Shown here: piece after piece, positions 1 to 11,100 of the stretch
How positions within the stretch are numbered: the stretch's first letter is position 1
How the letters are laid out: each line of letters starts with the position of its first letter
From: Cyanophora paradoxa CCMP329
Lineage: Eukaryota > Plantae > Glaucophyta
Length of the DNA stretch: 64,000 bases
NCBI GenBank assembly: GCA_004431415.1
Contig: QPMI01000232.1
Coordinates: 1 to 64,000 of the forward strand
Direction: 5' to 3'
Program-made: the position numbers and the translations under genes
Notes under the pieces: generated by a model
The model's input: only the letters and a program-made list of their open reading frames with translations
Told to the model about the DNA's origin: nothing
The model's database searches: none

Positions 1-25
1 TCTGACGGCGCCCTCCGCCCCTCAG

Positions 26-2153
26 TACGCGGCGCGGCGGCGGAGGCGGAGCGGCCGCTGCTGCCGCCGGGCGGGTTCGCGCCGGATCCGGAGCAGCCGT
101 ACACCGTCTTCGAGCTCCAGGCCCATGGGCACGCCAAGGTGCGGGGGCAGGGGCTAGCGCAGGGGCGGGCCGGGGCACGCGGATGGCCGGCGTGCGCGGA
201 GGGCCGGCTTCTATTCTTCCGTTGTCTCTTTCTGATCGCGCCTCGCTTCCTTCTTCTTCCGGCAGGCGCACGCGCCGGTGGCGGGGGCGCAGGGGGCGCC
301 CCACGGGCTCCCGCTGACGAGCCCGCTGCGGCGGCGCGGGCCCGACCCGGCCCTCCTCGACCGCGACGCCCACCTCAGGAGGCCCGCCCCCTTCTTCCCC
401 CTAGGCCTAGGCCTAGGCCTAGGCCTTCTTCGACTTCTCTCCTCACTTCTTCGGGGGCGCAGGACGGCGGGCGGGGCGGAGCTGGAGCCGTCGGGGCGGC
501 GGGCGTTGCTGGAGGAGCAGATCGCGCGCTACAACCGCCGCCGCCGAGTCCCAGGTCGCGGTGCGGCCGCCCCAGGCCGCCCCCCCCCCCCCCCCCCCCG
601 CTCCGGGCTAGTATCGACTATATATAGCGGATTCTAGTCCGCCACCGCCGTCCCCGCCGCCCCAGGCCGCCGCTGGCCATGGACCGCCGCCCGTGACCTC
701 CCCGTCATCGCGCAGGAACTGAACGCGCGGCTCGACGCTGTGCACGCGCGCGCGGCGGCAGCGACGGCGGGCGGCGGGCGGGGCCGGCGGCGGGGCGCGG
801 CCGAGGGCAGGGCCCGGCCCTCGAGAGGCGCCTGGAGGCCGTCCGCGGGCGGGTGAGCGAGGGACGGCACAGGCCTCCCGGCCCCTCAGAATTCTCTCAT
901 CTGTCCCCTCGTTTCTGATCATGGGCCGGGCCACGCCGCAGGCCGAGACGCTCGCTGGGGCCGAGCCGCGCCGGGGGCCGGCGGCGGCGGCGGCGGCGTC
1001 CCCGCCGGCCCCCGCGGTCCCCTCGTGGACCCCGCCGGCTGCCTCCGCGGCGCCGGTGCCCGTCCGCGTGGCGGCGGTGCGCTCCGCGAGCTCTGACTCC
1101 CTCGTCCGCGTGAGGTGCGCGGGCCGGGGGAAGGATCGTCCGAAGTCGCTTTCCGAGTCGCCCTCTGACGTGTGCCGCCGCTGCCGCCGCCGCCGCCGCC
1201 GCCGCAGCTACGACAGCCGTCGGGAGCGGCGGCGGCGGCGGCGGGCCCCCGCTTCCTTTCTCCATCGACGGGAGCCCTCATCAAGAAGGTGGGCCCGGCC
1301 CTGTTCGCGACTTGGGAGAGGGCGGCGCGGCTCACGCGGCGCCGGCAGGGCCCGCCTCGGGGCGTCCCCCGCACCATCGTCGCGCCCCGCGCCGCCCCCG
1401 CCGACCGCGAGCCGGCGCGCCTCCGCGCCTGTGCCCGCGCCCGCGGCGGCGGGCGCGGGACGCCGGCGCCGCCGCCGCCGCCGCCGGAGAGCACGCCGGC
1501 CTCGTCCTACTCCGGACGACAGCGTCCCTGGGCTCCGCCTCCGCCTCCGCCTCCAACGGCGGCGCCCTGCGCGGCAGCGCCGCCGCCGGCTTCGAGCACT
1601 GGGGCTCTCCCCCATCCGCCCTCCTCGGCGGCGGCGGCCGGGCACGCGCGGCGGCCCCGCAGCGTACGAGGCGGCGCTCGCGTCGGCGCGGCGGGCGGCG
1701 GCTAACGGGGCCGGCGCCGGCGACTCGTGGGCCTCCGCCTCGGCCTCTATGGAGGACGACCCGGAGGCGAGTCGGGACGAGATGCGCCGCGGCCTCGCCG
1801 CCCAGGTCCGCCGTCCCCTCGTAAAGAACCAAGCTTGAGCTTAAGTAAGCCTGGTGGTGCAGTATTTGGCGGCGGAGCGGGCGGCCGAGGAGATCCAGGG
1901 GGCCCTGGCGCTCCTGAAGGCCTCCCCGGGGCTCTCCGCGAAGCCGACGGTCGCCCCGCCGGCCTCGCCGACGCCCTCGACGCCGCGCAGCCGCGCCTCG
2001 GGCCCGCCCTCCGCCTCGGCCTCGGGCAAGACGACCCCTCGCGCCCTCTTCCGCGTCGACAGGGGCCGCTCCCTCGACGGGCCCCTCGCCCCCGCCCCCG
2101 GGCGGCCCCCCGCCTACCCCTCCCACTCCGGGCCTGCCGGCGCCGTCCGCTAG
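26..2153 (+). pseudogene. 3' portion (5'-truncated) of a multi-exon, Ala/Pro/Ser-rich hypothetical gene; repeated in each unit (stops at 2153, 7345, 12562)
   Basis: The unit begins inside an intron (CTGAC...CTCAG acceptor at 25). Exon-like segments PLLPPGGFAPDPEQPYTVFELQAHGHAK, LLEEQIARY, ELNARLDAVHARA, MEDDPEASRDEMRRGLAAQ and YLAAERAAEEIQGALALLK...GAVR* are bounded by splice signals. No start exon is present. Confidence 0.6.
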
Positions 2154-2238
2154 ATGGATAAACAGCGCCAGCTGACACACTTTGCAATATTCGATGTTAA
2201 CGTTGCAAAATTCGATTTAGGCTAGAGCTCAGGACGGC

Positions 2239-2655
2239 TTACGCGTAGTACACTCGGTGCAGCTTGACGCACAAGAGGAGGACGGGGACCATTGCGAGGG
2301 CGTGCAGGGCGGAGCCCGCGGCCTTGAACGCGGCCCGGCCATCGAGGAGCGGGGGACGAGCCCGACGCCCACGGCGTCGGCGAAGTAGCCCGCGGCCATG
2401 AAGGCGACCGCGATCTGCAGGTTAGCGAGCAGCAGCCGCGCCCTGCGCATGCATGCATACGCGCGTGCATATGCATGCATATGCGCAAAAATTTAAAGCG
2501 CACCACGGCTGCGCCTGCACATGTGCTGCGCACCGGTACCGTCGGCTCGCAATCCAAAACAAATGCGCGCGCAACACGTCAACGTTAACGCGCACCTGCA
2601 AGAGGATCCCGGAGCTGGCGGCGATCGAGCTCCGCCATCAAGATGTTCTCGCCTG
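2239..2655 (-). pseudogene. 3' exons of a membrane-protein gene fragment (repeated in each unit)
   Basis: Copy 3 reads IAVAFMAAGYFADAVGVGLVPRSSMAGAAFKAAGSALHALAMVPVLLLCVKLHRVYYA*, two hydrophobic segments, with splice-like flanks. No upstream exons are recognisable. Confidence 0.4.
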
Positions 2656-2975
2656 CGGCAAGGGCCAGAATGAGGGAGATCGATATCTACTAGGCTAGAC
2701 AAGGGGAAATCCTAAATATTCGAGGGGATCCGGAGAGGGAGGAAGTATACTTCTGGGAAGCTTAATTATAAGGGTGGAGGTGAATTTCCGACTCTTGAGC
2801 TCGAGGGATCCGCGGCCGGAGGGGAGGGGAATCGAAGTTTGCAGCACTGCGCCGCGTAACTGCGGCTTCGAAGTTGCGAATGACCACGTGCACTGCGGAC
2901 AAGCGCGCGTGCGCGCGCGACGTAACGTATACCTGGCTGCTGCCTCTCTCGCTGGTTCGAGCATTGCATTTTGTA

Positions 2976-3966
2976 ATGGTGAGGTCTTGCAACCTTCAAA
3001 TTAAATATTTGTGCCGGGCGCCTTGCAAATTTAATTTCGCGCGGGAGACTCTGAGAGCGATCTGCCGAGCAGGAACCATTTGCTCGACGTACGTATACGC
3101 GGGCGCGAGTTCAAGACGACCCGCGCCACTCTCCTATCGAGCCCTAGGCCTGGCACCACATTTTTCACCTCTCTTAAGCTTCTCGAAGAAAGGTGCGCGC
3201 GCGCGTGTGCGCCGCGCGCGGGTGTGGTTTTCGCGTGCTGTATAATTAACTGCTTTGCATTCATATTTCGAGCTGCCGCGGACGTATACGTATAGAAAAC
3301 TTTGAAATATATCTATAAAGGGAGGAGGGGAGCTAGAGAGCAGCTAGTATACGTTAATATAACTGCAAACTTTTCCGGGGAGGAGGGGCCGGAATCCGGG
3401 AGGTGAATTTCCGATTGCTGAGCTCGGGGGGAGGTTCGCAGCAACTGCCGAGTAACTGCCGATCGCGAATTCCGACATCGATCGCGAGTAAATTGCAAAT
3501 TAATTTCGCGCGGGAGAGCAATCTGCCGAGCTGACTCACTCATCGCTCCGCTTCGCGCAGGATTACATTATGCTCGAAGTCCGCGGGCGCGAGTTCAAGG
3601 CGACCTGCGCCACTCTCTTGTCGAGCCCCGGCGCCACATTTTTCACCTCGCGATCGCTTCTCGAAGGAAGGTGCGCGTGCGCGTGTGTGTGCCGGCGCCG
3701 CGCGCGGGTGTGATTTTCGCGCGCTGTATAAGTAGCTGCTTTGCATTAAATATTAATATCTCGAGCTGCCGCGGACGTCGACGTCGCTTTTGCGAGCTTC
3801 ATGATCATGATCAGCTGATTCGGATTTCGCGCGCTCGCCTTTAATCTCGCAGCATTAATTATACTCCGAGCGCTCGGACGGGGGAGGGCGCGTACGTCGT
3901 CGACCGCGACCCGGGATTGTTCGAAATCGTACTCGGCTTCCTCTCCAGCGGCATCTTTGCCGCCTC
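2976..3966 (+). pseudogene. Two degenerate, truncated copies of the KCTD-type BTB/POZ gene (ATG micro-exon, exon 2 twice, part of exon 3); repeated in each unit
   Basis: ATG|GTGAGG at 2976. LDV(RI)RGREFKTTRATLLSSP..GTTFFTSL at ~3073-3192 and DYIMLEVRGREFKATCATLLSSPGATFF at ~3561-3670. SARTGEGAYVVDRDPGLFEIVLGFLSSG at ~3868-3966. These match the intact genes at 41555-42536 and 52458-53462. Confidence 0.85.
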
Positions 3967-4403
3967 GGCGCGAGACTCGTCGCCATCTCCGACATGCCTT
4001 CACTTGCAATTGGCCCTCTCGACCCAGCCCGCGCACTCCGCCGCTACCTCGCCCATTTCTCGCCGGTCGAGCGCGGCCAGGAGGTGCCCCTGTTCGCGAA
4101 GGCGTGGGGGGCCGGCGAGGCACTCTCCTACACCTACATCAACGTCCTCCCCAAGCGGATCGCCTCGTCCCTCGGCCTCGACGCCGGAGACTACTCCTCG
4201 CTTTCGTTCCGCCACACGGGCCCAACCTGGGCAGCCCTCGGGGGCACCCCGAAGCGGCTCCTCGACACGCACGGCCGCTGGTCGCGATTGCATCGCAGCG
4301 CCGCGTCCGAGGCCTACGTCATGATGCGGCCGCCGAGCTCCAAGGCCAGGCCTGCGCCTTCATGGAGCAGTACGTCTCAGGGGCCATGCAGGGCCGCCGC
4401 TGA
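3967..4403 (+). mobile_element. C-terminal fragment of a tyrosine recombinase of DIRS/Ngaro-type YR retrotransposon (copies ~9154-9589, ~14380-14814)
   Basis: LDPARALRRYL...PLF...LGLDAGDYSSLSFRHTGPTWAALGG...HGRWS..SAASEAYV matches the YR consensus CPVxAL..YL / HSFRxGGATxA..G / GRWxS.A...Y. The catalytic H of HxxR is replaced by L and the N-terminus is missing. Confidence 0.8.
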
Positions 4404-5067
4404 CCGGATCAGAGCCGCCGGGCTCACGCTTGATCCCTCCTTGGCTTGCGCTCGCGATCGGCCGCGGGGCGGGAAGCAGCGGCAGTAGCGTTTTGCGAGA
4501 TCTGATCGGTCCCGAATCGCGGCTTGTCATGGTATTAATATTTGTTAACGGACCGATTTCTGAGGGACCTGCTGCTGCCGCAGTGCTAGCGCTGCAGCTG
4601 CTGCTGCTGACCCGAATTGCTGCCTGGCTTTTGATGCTGTACCCCCGAAGAAATCGCGTAACCCAGCGAGGCGCGATCCGAAATAGCGTACCCGCGTGGC
4701 GCGATTTGCGTACCCCCGCGGCAAACGGGGGGTGAAGAGATATCCCCCCCCAACCACGCCTGTTAGGCAATACGTGGTCTCCCTTTTCGGCCTCAGGGGA
4801 CCCTCCCTCGGGTCGACCTCCTTTAATTTGCAATTGGAGCCATATGCATGACGCGACGGTCACGGCCCAATGAGGCCGTACCCCTTCATCTCCCTCTCGC
4901 CCTTTAAGGCTTGCGTATCAAGTTGCAAACTTGCAATTGCGATCAGACGGCCCGGACGGCGGATCGGACGCGCGCCGAGCACCGCAGCCGCGGGCGGACT
5001 CCCGGCGGAGCGTACTAGCTATAGTACGGTACTACTGAGCGTAGAAGAAGTGTTCAATCTTTTAATC

Positions 5068-5114
5068 AGCCTCTGGTCTCAATTCTGACCGAAGGGAAGA
5101 AGAGACCAGAGGCT
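5068..5114. repeat. Perfect 13-bp inverted repeat (AGCCTCTGGTCTC...GAGACCAGAGGCT) followed by CTAGT; one per unit
   Basis: Arms at 5068-5080 and 5102-5114, 21-nt loop. Confidence 0.8.
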
Positions 5115-8100
5115 CTAGTATCACTTTTGACCCACAAATCGAGGTTCCTCTCGAGGTTTTGGGTATTAGGTATGCTATGGATCGCTGTTAAAGATTCTGA
5201 CGGCGCCCTCCGCCCCTCAGTACGCGGCGGCGGCGGCGGAGCGGAGCGGCCGCTGCTGCCGCCGGGCGGGTTCGCGCCGGATCCGGAGCAGCCGTACACC
5301 GTCTTCGAGCTCCAGGCCCATGGGCACGCCAAGGTGCGGGGCAGGGGCTAGCGCAGGGGCGGGCCGGGGCACGCGGATGGCCGGCGTGCGCGGAGGGCCG
5401 GCTTCTATTCTTCCGTTGTCTCTTTCTGATCGCGCCTCGCTTCCTTCTTCTTCCGGCAGGCGCACGCGCCGGTGGCGGGGGCGCAGGGGGCGCCCCACGG
5501 GCTCCCGCTGACGAGCCCGCTGCGGCGGCGCGGGCCCGACCCGGCCCTCCTCGACCGCGACGCCCACCTCAGGAGGCCCGCCCCCTTCTTCCCCCTAGGC
5601 CTAGGCCTAGGCCTAGGCCTTCTTCGACTTCTCTCCTCACTTCTTCGGGGGCGCAGGACGGCGGGCGGGGCGGAGCTGGAGCCGTCGGGGCGGCGGCGTT
5701 GCTGGAGGAGCAGATCGCGCGCTACACCGCCGCCGCCGAGTCCCAGGTCGCGGTGCGGCCGCCCCAGGCCGCCCCCCCCCCCCCCCCCCCCCCCCCTCGC
5801 TCCGGGCTAGTATCGACTATATATAGCGGATTCTAGTCCGCCACCGCCGTCCCCGCCGCCCCAGGCCGCCGCTGGCCATGGGACCGCCGGCCCGTGACCT
5901 CCCCGTCATCGCGCAGGAACTGAACGCGCGGCTCGACGCTGTGCACGCGCGCGCGGCGGCAGCGACGGCGGCGGCGGCGGCGGGGCCGGCGGCGGGCCGC
6001 GCCGAGGGCAGGGCCCGGCCCTCGAGAGGCGCCTGGAGGCCGTCCGCGGGCGGTGAGCGAGGGACGGCACAGGCCTCCCGGCCCTCAGAATTCTCTCATC
6101 TGTCCCCTCGTTTCTGATCATGGGCCGGGCCACGCCGCAGGCCGAGACGCTCGCTGGGGCCGAGCCGCGCCGGGGGCCGGCGGCGGCGGCGGCGGCGTCC
6201 CGCCGGCCCCGCGGTCCCCTCGTGGACCCCGCCGGCTGCCTCCGCGGCGCCGGTGCCCGTCCGCGTGGCGGCGGTGCGCTCCGCGAGCTCTGACTCCCTC
6301 GTCCGCGTGAGGTGCGCGGGCCGGGGAAGGATCGTCCGAAGTCGCTTTCCGAGTCGCCCTCTGACGTGTGCCGCCGCTGCCGCCGCCGCCGCCGCCGCCG
6401 CAGCTACGACAGCGTCGGGAGCGGCGGCGGCGGCGGCGGCGGGCCCCGCTTCCTTTCTCCATCGACGGGAGCCCTGTCAAGAAGGTGGGGCCCGGCCCTG
6501 TTCGCGACTTGGGAGAGGGCGGCGCGGCTCACGCGGGCGCCGGCAGGGGCCCCGCCTCGGGGCGTCCCCCGCACCATCGTCGCGCCCCGCGCCGCCCCCG
6601 CGACCGCGAGCCGGCGGCGCCCTCCGCGCCTGTGCCCGCGCCCGCGGCGGCGGCGCGGGACGCCGGCGCCGCCGCCGCCGCCGCCGGAGAGCACGCCGGC
6701 CTCGTCCTACTCCGGGACGACAGCGTCCCTGGGCTCCGCCTCCGCCTCCGCCTCCAACGGCGGGCCCTGCGCGGCAGCGCCGCCGCCGGCTTCGAGGCAC
6801 TGGGGCTCTCCCCCATCCGCCCCTCCTCGCGGCGGCGGCCGGGCACGCGCGGCCGCCGCAGCGTACGAGGCGGCGCTCGCGTCGGCGCGGCGGGCGGCGG
6901 CTAACGGGGCCGGCGCCGGCGACTCGTGGGCCTCCGCCTCGGCCTCTATGGAGGACGACCCGGAGGCGAGTCGGGACGAGATGCGCCGCGGCCTCGCCGC
7001 CCAGGTCCGCCGTCCCCTCGTAAAGAACCAAGCTTGAGCTTAAGTAAGCCTGGTGGTGCAGTATTTGGCGGCGAGCGGGCGGCCGAGGAGATCCAGGGGC
7101 CCTGGCGCTCCTGAAGGCCTCCCCGGGCTCTCCGCGAAGCCGACGGTCGCCCCGCCGGCCTCGCCGACGCCCTCGACGCCGCGCAGCCGCGCCTCGGGCC
7201 CGCCCTCCGCCTCGGCCTCGGGCAAGACGACCCCTCGCGCCCTCTTCCGCGTCGACAGGGGCCGCTCCCTCGACGGGCCCCTCGCCCCCGCCCCGGCGGC
7301 CCCCGCCTACCCCTCCACTCCGGGCCTGCCGGCGCCGTCCGCTAGATGGATAAACAGCGCCAGCTGACACACTTTGCAATATTCGATGTTAACGTTGCAA
7401 AATTCGATTTAGGCTAGAGCTCAGGACGGCTTACGCGTAGTACACTCGGTGCAGCTTGACGCACAAGAGGAGGACGGGACCATTGCGAGGGCGTGCAGGG
7501 CGGAGCCCGCGGCCTTGAACGCGGCCCGGCCATCGAGGAGCGGGGGACGAGCCCGACGCCCACGGCGTCGGCGAAGTAGCCCGCGGCCATGAAGGCGACC
7601 GCGATCTGCAGGTAGCGAGCAGCAGCCGCGCCCTGCGCATGCATGCATACGCGCGTGCATATGCATGCATATGCGCAAAAATTTAAAGCGCACCACGGCT
7701 GCGCCCTGCACATGTGCTGCGCACCGGTACCGTCGGCTCGCAATCCAAAACAAATGCGCGCGCAACACGTCAACGTTAACGCGCACCTGCAAGAGGATCC
7801 CGGAGCTGCGCGCGATCGAGCTCCGCCATCAAGATGTTCTCGCCTGCGGCAAGGGCCAGAATGAGGGAGATCGATATCTACTAGGCTAGACAAGGGGAAA
7901 TCCTAAAATATTCGAGGGATCCGGAGAGGGAGGAAGTATACTTCTGGGAAGCTTAATTATAAGGGTGGAGGTGAATTTCCGACTCTTGAGCTCGAGGGAT
8001 CCGCGGCCGGAGGGGAGGGAATCGAAGTTTGCAGCACTGCGCCGCGTAACTGCGGCTTCGAAGTTTGCGAATGACCACGTGCACTGCGGACAAGCGCGCG

Positions 8101-11100
8101 TGCGCGCGCGACGTACGTATACCTGCGCTGCTGCCTCTCTCGCTGGTTCGAGCATTGCATTTTGTAATGGTGAGGTCTTGCAACCTTCAAATTAAATATT
8201 TGTGCCGGGCGCCTTGCAAATTTAATTTCGCGCGGGAGACTCTGAGAGCGATCTGCCGAGCAGGAAACCATTTGCTCGACGTACGTATACGCGGGCGCGA
8301 GTTCAAGACGACCCGCGCCACTCTCCTATCGAGCCCTAGGCCTGGCACCACATTTTTCACCTCTCTTAAGCTTCTCGAAGAAAGGTGCGCGCGCGCGTGT
8401 GCGCCGCGCGCGGGTGTGGTTTTCGCGTGCTGTATAATTAACTGCTTTGCATTCATATTTCGAGCTGCCGCGGACGTATACGTATAGAAAACTTTGAAAT
8501 ATATCTATAAAGGGAGGAGGGGAGCTAGAGAGCAGCTAGTATACGTTAATATAACTGCAAACTTTTCCGGGAGGAGGGGCCGGAATCCGGGAGGTGAATT
8601 TCCGATTGCTGAGCTCGGGGGGAGGTTCGCAGCAACTGCCGAGTAACTGCCGATCGCGAATTCCGACATCGATCGCGAGTAAATTGCAAATTAATTTCGC
8701 GCGGGAGAGCAATCTGCCGAGCTGACTCACTCATCGCTCCGCTTCGCGCAGGATTACATTATGCTCGAAGTCCGCGGGCGCGAGTTCAAGGCGACCTGCG
8801 CCACTCTCTTGTCGAGCCCGGCGCCACATTTTTCACCTCGCGATCGCTTCTCGAAGGAAGGTGCGCGTGCGCGTGTGTGCCGGCGCCGCGCGCGGGTGTG
8901 ATTTTCGCGCGCTGTATAAGTAGCTGCTTTGCATTAAATATTAATATCTCGAGCTGCCGCGGACGTCGACGTCGCTTTTGCGAGCTTCATGATCATGATC
9001 AGCTGATTCGGATTTCGCGCGCTCGCCTTTAATCTCGCAGCATTAATTATACTCCGAGCGCTCGGACGGGGAGGGCGCGTACGTCGTCGACCGCGACCCG
9101 GGATTGTTCGAAATCGTACTCGGCTTCCTCTCCAGCGGCATCTTTGCCGCCTCGGCGCGAGACTCGTCGCCATCTCCGACATGCCTTCACTTGCAATTGG
9201 CCCTCTCGACCCAGCCCGCGCACTCCGCCGCTACCTCGCCCATTTCTCGCCGGTCGAGCGCGGCCAGGAGGTGCCCCTGTTCGCGAAGGCGTGGGGGCCG
9301 GCGAGGCACTCTCCTACACCTACATCAACGTCCTCCCCAAGCGGATCGCCTCGTCCCTCGGCCTCGACGCCGGAGACTACTCCTCGCTTTCGTTCCGCCA
9401 CACGGGCCCAACCTGGGCAGCCCTCGGGGGCACCCCGAAGCGGCTCCTCGACACGCACGGCCGCTGGTCGCGATTGCATCGCAGCGCCGCGTCCGAGGCC
9501 TACGTCATGATGCGGCCGCCGAGCTCCAAGGCCAGGCCTGCGCCTTCATGGAGCAGTACGTCTCAGGGGCCATGCAGGGCCGCCGCTGACCGGATCAGAG
9601 CCGCCGGGCTCACGCTTGATCCCTCCTTGGCTTGCGCTCGCGATCGGCCGCGGGGCGGGAAGCCAGCGGCAGTAGCGTTTTGCGAGATCTGATCGGTCCC
9701 GAATCGCGGCTTGTCATGGTATTAATATTTGTTAACGGACCGATTTCTGAGGGACCTGCTGCTGCCGCAGTGCTAGCGCTGCAGCTGCTGCTGCTGACCC
9801 GAATTGCTGCCTGGCTTTTGATGCTGTACCCCCGAAGAAATCGCGTAACCCAGCGAGGCGCGATCCGAAATAGCGTACCCGCGTGGCGCGATTTGCGTAC
9901 CCCCGCGGCAAACGGGGGGTGAAGAGATATCCCCCCCCAACCACGCCTGTTAGGCAATACGTGGTCTCCCTTTTCGGCCTCAGGGGACCCTCCCTCGGGT
10001 CGACCTCCTTTAATTTGCAATTGGAGCCATATGCATGACGCGACGGTCACGGCCCAATGAGGCCGTACCCCTTCATCTCCCTCTCGCCCTTTAAGGCTTG
10101 CGTATCAAGTTGCAAACTTGCAATTGCGATCAGACGGCCCGGACGGCGGATCGGACGCGCGCCGAGCACCGCAGCCGCGGGCGGACTCCCGGCGGAGCGT
10201 ACTAGCTATAGTACGGTACTACTGAGCGTAGAAGAAGTGTTCAATCTTTTAATCAGCCTCTGGTCTCAATTCTGACCGAAGGGAAGAAGAGACCAGAGGC
10301 TCTAGTATCCACTTTTGACCCACAAATCGAGGTTCCTCTCGAGGTTTTGGGTATTAGGTATGCTATGGATCGCTGTTAAAGATTCTGACGGCGCCCTCCG
10401 CCCCTCAGTACGCGGCGGCGGCGGCGGAGGCGGAGCGGCCGCTGCTGCCGCCGGGCGGGTTCGCGCCGGATCCGGAGCAGCCGTACACCGTCTTCGAGCT
10501 CCAGGCCCATGGGCACGCCAAGGTGCGGGGGCAGGGGCTAGCGCAGGGGCGGGCCGGGGCACGCGGATGGCCGGCGTGCGCGGAGGGCCGGCTTCTATTC
10601 TTCCGTTGTCTCTTTCTGATCGCGCCTCGCTTCCTTCTTCTTCCGGCAGGCGCACGCGCCGGTGGCGGGGGCGCAGGGGGCGCCCCACGGGCTCCCGCTG
10701 ACGAGCCCGCTGCGGCGGCGCGGGCCCGACCCGGCCCTCCTCGACCGCGACGCCCACCTCAGGAGGCCCGCCCCCTTCTTCCCCCTAGGCCTAGGCCTAG
10801 GCCTAGGCCTTCTTCGACTTCTCTCCTCACTTCTTCGGGGGCGCAGGACGGCGGGCGGGGCGGAGCTGGAGCCGTCGGGGGCGGCGGCGTTGCTGGAGGA
10901 GCAGATCGCGCGCTACACCGCCGCCGCCGAGTCCCAGGTCGCGGTGCGGCCGCCCCAGGCCGCCCCCCCCCCCCCCCCCCCCCCCCCCCTCGGCTCCGGG
11001 CTAGTATCGACTATATATAGCGGATTCTAGTCCGCCACCGCCGTCCCCGCCGCCCCAGGCCGCCGCTGGCCATGGGACCGCCGGCCCGTGACCTCCCCCG

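Noticed and set aside
139-2187. Long Arg/Pro/Gly/Ala-rich ORFs here and at 37566-38789, 55351-56673 and 58380-59774
   Set aside because: These are shadow or out-of-frame ORFs of GC-rich spliced genes. In the triplication their frames change between copies through single-base indels.
5068-5119. Helitron 3' end (hairpin + CTAG|T) explaining the gene-fragment mosaic and tandem array
   Set aside because: The stem abuts CTAG instead of lying ~10-15 nt upstream. The array junction is ~77 bp further on, and no RepHel is present. Not fully excluded.
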